Source: a virus
Virus record (IMG/VR): IMGVR_UViG_3300003878_000001
Span: 1-64,000 of that record
Strand: one strand, 5' to 3'
DNA length: 64,000 nucleotides
The translations under genes and the position numbers were made by a program. The notes beneath the pieces were generated by a model that had not been told where the DNA came from, searched no databases, and saw nothing but the letters and a program-made list of their open reading frames with translations. Shown here one piece after another: positions 8,354 through 15,521 of the stretch; within the stretch, counting starts at the first letter, position 1; every line of letters begins with the position of its first letter.

Positions 8354-8400
8354 CTCGCATTACTATAGTTTATTTAATGAAAAAAGTAATAATAAACTAT
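8354..8400. repeat. quasi-palindromic intergenic repeat, copy R2
   Basis: CTCGCATTAC-TATAGTTTAT-TTAATGAAAAAAG-TAATAATAAACTAT. On the minus strand it reads ...AAACTATAGTAATGCGAGAAT directly before ATG 8350. Confidence 0.7.
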
Positions 8401-8404
8401 TACT

Positions 8405-9013
8405 TTAGAGAGCAGACAAAGGAGTAAAAGTGAACTTGGAACGGCATCGAGCACAGCAATAAGTCTTTTTGATTCCTTTGTAACGTCCACGAGTCGAAAC
8501 ATACCCATTAACTTTTCTTTCTGCAACCATAGAGGTTAAAGTAATAGGGTTAAGATGGTTAGTGCATTTGGAATTGGAACAACGGATAGAAGTTGTAGAG
8601 ACAGAATCAGATGAATTAATTCTTTTCAGAGCAACCAGTTCTTCATAGTTATGACGAGTGTTTGACTTGATGTTAGGGTATAAACCAGCAGCATTAAGGG
8701 CAATAGTATTGTAGTTATGAAAATACCGTCCGTGACCTGTTTTACCACGAAGGTCAAATTCTACACCATGAGCCATCTCATGAAATAAGCAGCTAAGAAA
8801 ATTGTTTACTGTTTTGAAATTAGAATTCATTCTGATTTGATGCTTTGCGGGTCTCATTGTCCCACCAGTAGTCTTGAGACGAGAATTAAATTCAATTGTG
8901 TATACAGAAAAATCAACGCTTCTGAATGTAGGTTCAAAAACCTCTTTAATCAATCTCTTAAGTACTGCCTTAAGTTGACGATTAGTAGTAGGAACCTTAG
9001 CAATCTGAAACAT
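8405..9013 (-). CDS. SprT-like zinc metalloprotease with C-terminal zinc ribbon
   Basis: HEMAHG (HExxH) after a SprT-like N-terminal region (RLKTTGGTM...HQIRMN). Cys clusters CSNSKC and CCARC lie near the C-terminus. Confidence 0.7.
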   Translation of the reverse strand: MFQIAKVPTTNRQLKAVLKRLIKEVFEPTFRSVDFSVYTIEFNSRLKTTGGTMRPAKHQIRMNSNFKTVNNFLSCLFHEMAHGVEFDLRGKTGHGRYFHNYNTIALNAAGLYPNIKSNTRHNYEELVALKRINSSDSVSTTSIRCSNSKCTNHLNPITLTSMVAERKVNGYVSTRGRYKGIKKTYCCARCRSKFTFTPLSAL

Positions 9014-9030
9014 GGTTTAATCTCTTAGCT

Positions 9031-9046
9031 CTATGTTCTAATTATA
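9031..9046 (-). promoter_or_regulatory. promoter-like TATAATTAGAACATA box upstream of 8405-9013
   Basis: The minus strand reads TATAATTAGAACATAG about 20 nt before the ATG. A near-identical box lies at 9472-9486. Confidence 0.4.
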
Positions 9047-9054
9047 CTCAAGAA

Positions 9055-9089
9055 AAAGCTCAGCATCTTGAGTAAAAACACTGAGCTTT
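9055..9089 (-). terminator. Rho-independent terminator after 9124-9453
   Basis: Perfect 9-bp stem AAAGCTCAG/CTGAGCTTT, followed on the minus strand by TTTTTCTT. Confidence 0.65.
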
Positions 9090-9123
9090 ATTTAGAGTTA
9101 AGTCGAAAATTGTGAGTATTTAC

Positions 9124-9453
9124 TTAGTCGTAATGTGCCTCTTGTCGAGTAAGAATCGCCCCTTCGAAATCAAAACCAGAATCACCGAAGTTAATTTTGT
9201 TGATATCTGCCTGAGTGAGAGGCTTATATGTAGGGGGAATTGGGTGAAGTCTTTCATGCACACGTCCAGCCAGATCATAACGATCTTTACGAGAAAGACG
9301 AAAGGTAGCACCAATACGACGATATGTCAAGTACTTAGTGATATCTGCTTTGCTAATTTTCAACCAATCAGGCTCTTCAAAAACACCTGCTTCTCTGATT
9401 CTTTTTAACTCTTCAGCCCATTGTGCTTCTGTAAGTTTCAAATCAAGGTTCAA
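9124..9453 (-). CDS. hypothetical protein (109 aa, TTG start)
   Basis: TTG at 9453 is preceded by AGAGGAAAAACC. No motif recognised. Confidence 0.5.
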   Translation of the reverse strand: MNLDLKLTEAQWAEELKRIREAGVFEEPDWLKISKADITKYLTYRRIGATFRLSRKDRYDLAGRVHERLHPIPPTYKPLTQADINKINFGDSGFDFEGAILTRQEAHYD

Positions 9454-9471
9454 AGGTTTTTCCTCTTTGCT

Positions 9472-9486
9472 TATGTTCTAATTATA
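9472..9486 (-). promoter_or_regulatory. promoter-like TATAATTAGAACATA box upstream of 9124-9453
   Basis: The minus strand reads TATAATTAGAACATAAGC followed by an SD sequence. It duplicates the box at 9031-9046. Confidence 0.4.
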
Positions 9487-9517
9487 GTTTAAGTTTTAAG
9501 GAAAAACCTGAGTAATT

Positions 9518-10492
9518 TTACTTATATCCTCCTGCATCAAATAATTCTGCTCTAATACTTTTTTGAGGGTGATAGTTAGCCAATTGAAAATCAGCCGGTT
9601 CAAAATCTTTTAGACTTTTTTGATTTCTATCTTCTATCAACAGTCGAGTAGAGTTAAATTCTTGAATTTGTTCAGCTTGTTCAAACTGTTGATTAATAGC
9701 AGCAAAATGCTTGGAATAAAGGTGAGCATCATGAACCATAACAACAAGCTCATCTGAAGTCCAAACCGTTCCTGTTCTGTTTGTTAGACACAGACAATAC
9801 ATTTCTAAAAGAGCTGCATACTGAGCCACATTAAACGGATTCCCAAGAAACAAATCATTTGAACGAATATCAACCACAAGAGAAAGACAATTGTTGTGAT
9901 TGCTTACCAATTGGTGAGCGAAATGACACGCAGGCAAAACAACAGATGTCCTATTACATTCTTCTGCTTGATGGTAAACTGTGGCAGGATTCCATAGTGA
10001 AACTAGATATGATTTCCTGTGTGGTGCTTGTGGAAGTTGTTCTAGAATCCAATCAGTTTGATTATGACCTGTTTCATCCCAATTGGTAATATTTCCGTAA
10101 TGGAGAGGAACTTCAAACGGCATAGCTTCAGAATCAGGATTCTCTCTAACGACTTGAAAGAAACGATCTTTGCTCATAGACGATTGAGGGTAACAAAGTT
10201 TGTGAGCTTTATAGATCCAGTCATCCCAGATACGTACATTATTTTCAATAAGCCATTTTGGATCACCATCACCACGAATAAACCAAAGCATTTCTTTGAT
10301 GGCAGTACGCCACATTACTTTCTTGGAGCTATAAACAGGGAAACCTAGATCGAAATCATGTTTCAACATGGCACCAAGAATAGTCTTGATATATTGACCA
10401 TCGCCTTGATATAGATCTTTTCTTGAACCTTTTGTCATGATGTCTTTACATAGACTCAAGTATTGTTCTTCTATTGGTAATAGGTTAGTCAT
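9518..10492 (-). CDS. thyA: thymidylate synthase (ThyA family)
   Basis: Start taken at ATG 10492 (SD GAGGAAG). Motifs KEMLWFIRGD, LPACHFAHQ and RSNDLFLGNPFNVAQYAALL are present. Asn in PFN indicates a dUMP substrate. There is a long internal insertion as in the large ThyA forms. Confidence 0.85.
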   Translation of the reverse strand: MTNLLPIEEQYLSLCKDIMTKGSRKDLYQGDGQYIKTILGAMLKHDFDLGFPVYSSKKVMWRTAIKEMLWFIRGDGDPKWLIENNVRIWDDWIYKAHKLCYPQSSMSKDRFFQVVRENPDSEAMPFEVPLHYGNITNWDETGHNQTDWILEQLPQAPHRKSYLVSLWNPATVYHQAEECNRTSVVLPACHFAHQLVSNHNNCLSLVVDIRSNDLFLGNPFNVAQYAALLEMYCLCLTNRTGTVWTSDELVVMVHDAHLYSKHFAAINQQFEQAEQIQEFNSTRLLIEDRNQKSLKDFEPADFQLANYHPQKSIRAELFDAGGYK

Positions 10493-10907
10493 AAATCTCT
10501 TCCTCGTCTGTTCCTTCACATGTTACTAAATAAGTTTGTTCTATACAAGGTGAACTAATGAAATCATTAAATTCTTCACCAAAATAAAACCTGTCAATAT
10601 GACATTCTGATGCTTGTTCAATCTCATACCTGTCAATTAGTCCGATTATATCTTTTTCATCTATATTATGAATATAAGTATAATCATTAAATAATATACA
10701 CTTACCTTCTCGATTGGCGACAAAAAGAACACAATCAACAAGTATGAAATTTTCTTCAATGATTAGAGGCAAGTTTTCAGGTATGCTTACCTTAATCATG
10801 TCATACCGTTGTTTTCCCAATTGACAAAAACCCTCAAGAGTTAATTGTACTTTCAAGTCTTCAACGGCATTGTCCATAAGTTTTGTAATAATCATAGAAT
10901 ACTCCAA
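10485..10907 (-). CDS. hypothetical acidic protein (140 aa)
   Basis: Minus-strand ORF overlapping both neighbours by a few codons. Confidence 0.5.
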   Translation of the reverse strand: MEYSMIITKLMDNAVEDLKVQLTLEGFCQLGKQRYDMIKVSIPENLPLIIEENFILVDCVLFVANREGKCILFNDYTYIHNIDEKDIIGLIDRYEIEQASECHIDRFYFGEEFNDFISSPCIEQTYLVTCEGTDEEEIYD

Positions 10908-11467
10908 TTGATGTATTCAGGTTTTCCAGCTAAGAAAGAGCTATAAAATGACTCGTCACCAGCAACAATTTTATAAGCTTTATCCATGAGTTCGGTAGGA
11001 ATAACGGCTAAGCCCATTTCAGAAGCTTCAGCAATAAGTTGATCTACATTCATGTTGCTTGTTGCTTCCAATTCAACAATCCGACCAAAACCAGAGTTAA
11101 GAGCTGGTTCAATTAGAAAGTCTCCAGCATCATAGCTATCTCTATTGCGAAACCATTGAGATTCGATCTTAAATCCTTGACCTTCCAGTTCAACACCAAG
11201 ATCCCATTGTGTGAGTCCTGTCTCTATTTCAATCTCTATCCTGTCTTGCCCATTTACAGCGTTCTTTCCGTATTTCTGCACCAATAGGCATTCACGATCA
11301 TTATCAGGACTGTATGAGCGTGTACGATAGCTTACACCCGTTAATTGAGGGTGTGAATAGTACCAATTGTGTTGAATGATACTATCCCCAACTTTGATGG
11401 CTCGTTCTAGCCCCTTAATATACTTCCACTCGTCAACCACTTGACACTTGATTTCAATCTCTCGCAT
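10892..11467 (-). CDS. CYTH-domain protein (CyaB/thiamine-triphosphatase-like triphosphate tunnel enzyme)
   Basis: Start at ATG 11467 with SD AAGGAA. N-terminal EIEIK signature plus later acidic strands IEIEIE and IVELEA. Confidence 0.6.
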   Translation of the reverse strand: MREIEIKCQVVDEWKYIKGLERAIKVGDSIIQHNWYYSHPQLTGVSYRTRSYSPDNDRECLLVQKYGKNAVNGQDRIEIEIETGLTQWDLGVELEGQGFKIESQWFRNRDSYDAGDFLIEPALNSGFGRIVELEATSNMNVDQLIAEASEMGLAVIPTELMDKAYKIVAGDESFYSSFLAGKPEYINWSIL

Positions 11468-11520
11468 TTTTATTCCTTGTATATTAGTGTTTCTATTGTA
11501 ATGTATTTGCGACAATAAAC

Positions 11521-12111
11521 CTATTCAGTATAAAAATATTCACTGTGTTTAGGGTTTCTAACTTTTCTGCTCATGTAGGATTTGTCTATCCCATGAGCAC
11601 TAGCAGCTTCTTTACAAGAATTAAAGGTACCAAGAGGAGTTGTTACTTTTTTCATCCTTGATTTACTCATTTGGTCTTTTGTTCCTTGGGAATGTGTTGC
11701 ACCATATCTAACACTGTTAGAACCAGTTTTACCAAAATGATAAGAATTTTCTCCTGAGTTAGCTTTACTAATTTTCTCCTTGGTCTGTTCTGTTCTAGGT
11801 ATGCCTTTGTTCCAGGCTATTAGTCCTGTTGTTCCTTCTCCACCATTTGTCATATTGGTTAAACAGCCTGTCTCCAGATCCAATCTACCATACAAATCAA
11901 TCAGCTCAATTTCTTTTTGGCAAGCTTCTTCTAATGTGAGATTACTGAATAGTATACGAATTTCAAATGTGTTGTTCCTTTCTGCTTTGACTCTCTTATT
12001 CGTACAATAAGGGTTTCTTCTGCATCTAAGGTTGGCTCGGTTTCTAGTGCCTAGCCCTACATAGAAAATCTTGTTATTATCAAACCATCCATATACTACT
12101 TTATCTCTCAT
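11521..12111 (-). CDS. GIY-YIG homing endonuclease (Seg/I-TevI-like) with NUMOD3 repeats and C-terminal HTH
   Basis: VVYGW...IFYVGLG, EIELI and NMTNGGEG. NUMOD3-like WNKGIPRTEQTKEKIS and HFGKTGSNS repeats. Paralogous to 22444-23031, 26741-27274 and 63425-64000. Confidence 0.85.
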   Translation of the reverse strand: MRDKVVYGWFDNNKIFYVGLGTRNRANLRCRRNPYCTNKRVKAERNNTFEIRILFSNLTLEEACQKEIELIDLYGRLDLETGCLTNMTNGGEGTTGLIAWNKGIPRTEQTKEKISKANSGENSYHFGKTGSNSVRYGATHSQGTKDQMSKSRMKKVTTPLGTFNSCKEAASAHGIDKSYMSRKVRNPKHSEYFYTE

Positions 12112-12136
12112 AGTTTAACTATTTAATGAAAAAACC
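12111..12136. repeat. half copy (R9) of the quasi-palindromic repeat abutting the GIY-YIG start codon
   Basis: The minus strand reads TTTTTTCATTAAATAGTTAAACT followed directly by ATG 12111, at the position where other copies carry the GTAATGCGA box. Confidence 0.5.
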
Positions 12137-12205
12137 AAAGAAACATATAAACGTTTCAATGGTCTTATTATAACTGATGACTGCCCTCAATGTGTAGGAG
12201 GTATG

Positions 12206-13174
12206 TTATAGACTACTAAAATCAAATCCCTCTAGGTCTGATCCAGCAGTGGCAGAATAGGCTCCGCCATTGTGAGCTTCAGCGAAGAAATCAATTTTAA
12301 CTGTTCCTAATGTCATCGGATAAAACCATTCGCTGATATTGTTCTTGGTGAATGTATCAGTAAACATAGGATCATAACCCAAGGCATCCAATCGGTCATT
12401 ACATCTATGACGTAGAAAACTCATTACATTTTCATAGTCTACATTTAGTAATGTACTTCCATTGTTAAATGCATTAGCAATAAAGTCTTGTTCAATGTTG
12501 TATGATTGAAAGAAAGCAGCCTCAATTTTATCTTGTGAAGGACGATATTGAGGATATTCTGTAATCAATTCTTTGAATAATTGAGCAGCCGTATCACTAT
12601 GGAGATTTTCATCTCTTACCGACCAAGAAAGAATTTGTCCGAGACCTTTTAAGTATCCCGCTTTTCGATAACTTAAAAGAACAGCAAATGATGCGAATAG
12701 GCTTACACCTTCTCCACAACCACTCATCAAAGCTATTTGATAAGGTAAATCTTGAATTGGTGTCAATGAGGGAAGTTGAAAATGACTCAATTTGGATTGT
12801 GCATACACATTGGTATTCATTTTTTCCCAAGTGTTTAGTCCTAGAGTATCTTCAAGATGTTTATATCCATATCCGTGAATAGTTTCAGAATAGGAGAAAG
12901 CGGTGAAAGCTGCAATTAGTTCAGGATAAGAGAATCTAATTGCTAAATCTCGCCAATACTCTCCGATCCCTTGTTCAAGTTCTGTGAACGCTAGTAGAAT
13001 GCCAGCAATGGCTTCTTTATCTGCATCAGGAATATTGTCTTTCCAATCAGAAATATCACTTGTCATATTAGGTTCACGATATGACCAAGGATTTTTCATA
13101 ACAGCTTCGAAAGCGGTTTGAGCCCATTGATATGTTGCAGGTGTCAAGGGGCCAGTGTATGTGTCAAATAGCAT
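12206..13174 (-). CDS. nrdB: class I ribonucleotide reductase beta subunit
   Basis: Ferritin-like di-metal motifs: SYSETIHGYGY (ExxH plus Tyr), GCGEGVSLFASF and VRDENLHS (ExxH). Confidence 0.9.
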   Translation of the reverse strand: MLFDTYTGPLTPATYQWAQTAFEAVMKNPWSYREPNMTSDISDWKDNIPDADKEAIAGILLAFTELEQGIGEYWRDLAIRFSYPELIAAFTAFSYSETIHGYGYKHLEDTLGLNTWEKMNTNVYAQSKLSHFQLPSLTPIQDLPYQIALMSGCGEGVSLFASFAVLLSYRKAGYLKGLGQILSWSVRDENLHSDTAAQLFKELITEYPQYRPSQDKIEAAFFQSYNIEQDFIANAFNNGSTLLNVDYENVMSFLRHRCNDRLDALGYDPMFTDTFTKNNISEWFYPMTLGTVKIDFFAEAHNGGAYSATAGSDLEGFDFSSL

Positions 13175-13208
13175 GTATTTTCTTTTGTTATGGGTTTAGA
13201 TAAATAAC

Positions 13209-13565
13209 CTAAGTAAATTGTGACTGATTAAATGCAACACATTCATCAAAGGACTCTGAAGTCATATTCCATGTACCAATTTCCATAAATTGAGAAGAAG
13301 TAATGGCACGGTCTGTAACAAGAAATTGAGAGTCATTTGTAACAACTTCGATTCCTTCAAACCAACATTCAATATTGTTTTCATCCAAAAACGAATTCAA
13401 TTGAGAAAAACTAAAGTTGGTTAGACATACACGCAGAACAAGTTCATGTTCATCTTTGAGTTTTCCTAATAATTCAATTAGTTCATGATTTAATACACCT
13501 GAATCTAGATCATCTGGTGTTGAAAGATTGTGAATTAGTGTGTGAAAGTCAATGGCAATTTTCAT
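13209..13565 (-). CDS. hypothetical protein (118 aa)
   Basis: Minus-strand ORF. No motif recognised. Confidence 0.5.
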   Translation of the reverse strand: MKIAIDFHTLIHNLSTPDDLDSGVLNHELIELLGKLKDEHELVLRVCLTNFSFSQLNSFLDENNIECWFEGIEVVTNDSQFLVTDRAITSSQFMEIGTWNMTSESFDECVAFNQSQFT

Positions 13566-13583
13566 AAGGTCTTAAATAGAATA

Positions 13584-13618
13584 AGGGAACAATTCAGTTA
13601 TAACCTGAATCGATCCCT
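13584..13618 (-). terminator. hairpin, possible terminator after 13642-13854
   Basis: AGGGA-ATTCAG...CTGAAT-TCCCT two-part stem with a symmetric internal loop. The downstream tract is only moderately T-rich. Confidence 0.35.
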
Positions 13619-13641
13619 CTTGTCAAGTGGTAGTTTACCAA

Positions 13642-13854
13642 TCAGATGCAATAAGCGGAAGGCAATTCTGAAATACGACAATTGCGGGCTCCAGTCATGA
13701 CGAGAGTAGAACCTTCCACATAAGCTGTGATATTCATACTTCTTAAATCGGAGATATATCTTTTCACTCCTTCAGCATATGCAGGATTGATAAAATCACT
13801 AATGGAACGCACTGTGCTCCGGGTTCTTAGATATGTAGCGGTAGATTTTGCCAT
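13642..13854 (-). CDS. hypothetical protein (70 aa)
   Basis: Minus-strand ORF. Confidence 0.45.
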   Translation of the reverse strand: MAKSTATYLRTRSTVRSISDFINPAYAEGVKRYISDLRSMNITAYVEGSTLVMTGARNCRISELPSAYCI

Positions 13855-13867
13855 GAGTTATTACTCC

Positions 13868-13993
13868 TTAGTATCCTTTCTTCTGATCAAGTTCTGAACG
13901 TTTGAAATCTGCCATGTAATAGGAATATAGTACCCATTGTGTATCAGAGGCAGGTGTACCATCAAGCCAATCTTCGTATGATAACATAGTCAT
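13868..13993 (-). CDS. possible small protein (41 aa), below the ORF-track cutoff
   Basis: ATG 13993 to TAA 13868, translating as MTMLSYEDWLDGTPASDTQWVLYSYYMADFKRSELDQKKGY. It fills an otherwise empty gap. Confidence 0.3.
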   Translation of the reverse strand: MTMLSYEDWLDGTPASDTQWVLYSYYMADFKRSELDQKKGY

Positions 13994-14137
13994 GTCCTTT
14001 ACGTCTGTATATCTATACTACACAAATAAACAAAATAAACAATCAGTACATTCACTGAATTTATATTTGTATCAACATTATTTATAGTATTTTCACGGTT
14101 ATTTATTGTATACGAAACAAATCATGGAGTCAAAATC

Positions 14138-14551
14138 ATGCCTAGTCCTGCACAGTTAGAAAATGTAGCAAGAGTAGAACGATTAGCGTTTTACCCTATT
14201 TTAGAAGAAACAATTTTAATGGATGCTGCTACTCCGCGTGATTGTTGGAAAGGTATCAAAGCAGATGGTACATATCCAGCGGCAACAACTGAAGTTGTTC
14301 GTGGAATCATTCACTACTTTTCTGAGGATCAAGCACCTGATGTATATGCTTCTGCTATGTCAGAAGGGATTGCAATTGTGATGATTGAACCGGGTCAAAC
14401 TATTACATTAGATGAGCCAATTGCTATTAATGCAAATGGTAACGCTGTTGTTGGTGTTCCTGGTACAGATTACATTGTTGGTTATGCTCGTAACCCATCA
14501 ACAGGTTCAACCGCTGCATTGCCTCATTACACAGAAATCAAGTTAGCGTAA
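14138..14551 (+). CDS. hypothetical protein, first gene of the plus-strand virion/tail-fibre module
   Basis: SD GGAG lies 8 nt upstream of the ATG. The gene is followed by a strong terminator. Confidence 0.5.
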   Translation: MPSPAQLENVARVERLAFYPILEETILMDAATPRDCWKGIKADGTYPAATTEVVRGIIHYFSEDQAPDVYASAMSEGIAIVMIEPGQTITLDEPIAINANGNAVVGVPGTDYIVGYARNPSTGSTAALPHYTEIKLA

Positions 14552-14576
14552 TTCTTACCCTTTGATTTCAACAGAA

Positions 14577-14612
14577 AGACCGCTAGAGTTATATACTTTA
14601 GTGGTCTTTTTG
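14577..14612 (+). terminator. Rho-independent terminator (plus strand)
   Basis: 12-bp stem AGACCGCTAGAG/CTTTAGTGGTCT. Its two G-T pairs are wobbles only on the plus strand. Loop TTATATA, then a TTTTT tract. Confidence 0.65.
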
Positions 14613-14642
14613 GTTATTAACATATACTGAAGGAGATGAAAA

Positions 14643-15521
14643 ATGGGTACTAGACTTCCAAGAAACTTTGCTGAAGACCCTGTTAACGGGGCATATGGGG
14701 ACGAAGAGGATCGTTTAGCCCAAGCCATCGGTGATGCTGTGAATGGCCCTGGTGGCCCTTCTAGCGGTACTTCAGCAGCCACAATATCAAGTGGTATCGA
14801 TCAATCTGCCAACTCTACAGCGACTAGAACAGCAGCAGAAAATCTTTCAACTAAAATTGATTCAATTGATACTAATGTAAATGACATTGAAGATTCTGTT
14901 GGTAAATTAGGTGATGCTCCTACAGCCAATACAATTGTAGGAATCTTAAAATCACTTAGAGCATCGTTTAGTTCTCTTTTAACTTCTCTTGGTACAGAGG
15001 TTGGTGACCTATTAGAGGAAATCCGTGATGGAACTGGTGGAATTGAAACATCAGGAATTAACCTTAATACCGCTGTTGGTGAGATAACAGATAGTCCAAC
15101 GGTAAATCCAACAACAGATGGCAGTCTAATTGGTACATTAAAAGGTTTTTGGACAGATACCGCTAATAAGTTAGACCAGTTAATAAACAGTTCTAACGGT
15201 AAAGTAGAAATTACACCAATCTCTCATGATGTGTCAATAGCACCCAACACAACAACAACTTTACTAGCTGCAACAAGTGAACAGTTTAATATCTTGAGAG
15301 TAGAAATCTCTGTTGATACACCTTGTTTTGTTGAAGTATCACTTGGTACTCTTTCAGTTGTAAAATTCTTTAATGCTGATTTAATTACTTTACCATTTGA
15401 AGAGTTTGGGTTTTTATCTAATGGTTCTGCAAGTGATTTGACTGTTACGGTTAGAGAGACAGCAAGTAACGTGAGACTGACAGGAACAACTTGGTATGAA
15501 GCAACAGGAGCCTTTATCTAA
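14643..15521 (+). CDS. virion structural protein, fibre-associated (292 aa)
   Basis: SD AAGGAG. Ser/Thr/Asn/Gly-rich with heptad-like segments. TAATG coupling to the next gene. Confidence 0.5.
   Translation: MGTRLPRNFAEDPVNGAYGDEEDRLAQAIGDAVNGPGGPSSGTSAATISSGIDQSANSTATRTAAENLSTKIDSIDTNVNDIEDSVGKLGDAPTANTIVGILKSLRASFSSLLTSLGTEVGDLLEEIRDGTGGIETSGINLNTAVGEITDSPTVNPTTDGSLIGTLKGFWTDTANKLDQLINSSNGKVEITPISHDVSIAPNTTTTLLAATSEQFNILRVEISVDTPCFVEVSLGTLSVVKFFNADLITLPFEEFGFLSNGSASDLTVTVRETASNVRLTGTTWYEATGAFI

Noticed and set aside
9518-10492. The ThyA homolog as a dCMP or dUMP hydroxymethylase making hypermodified bases.
   Set aside because: The pyrimidine-specificity residue is Asn (PFNVAQY), as in dUMP-using enzymes, not the Asp of dCMP hydroxymethylases. 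A DHFR gene is present, which is needed only if folate is oxidised by a true thymidylate synthase. A dUMP hydroxymethylase cannot be fully excluded from sequence alone.
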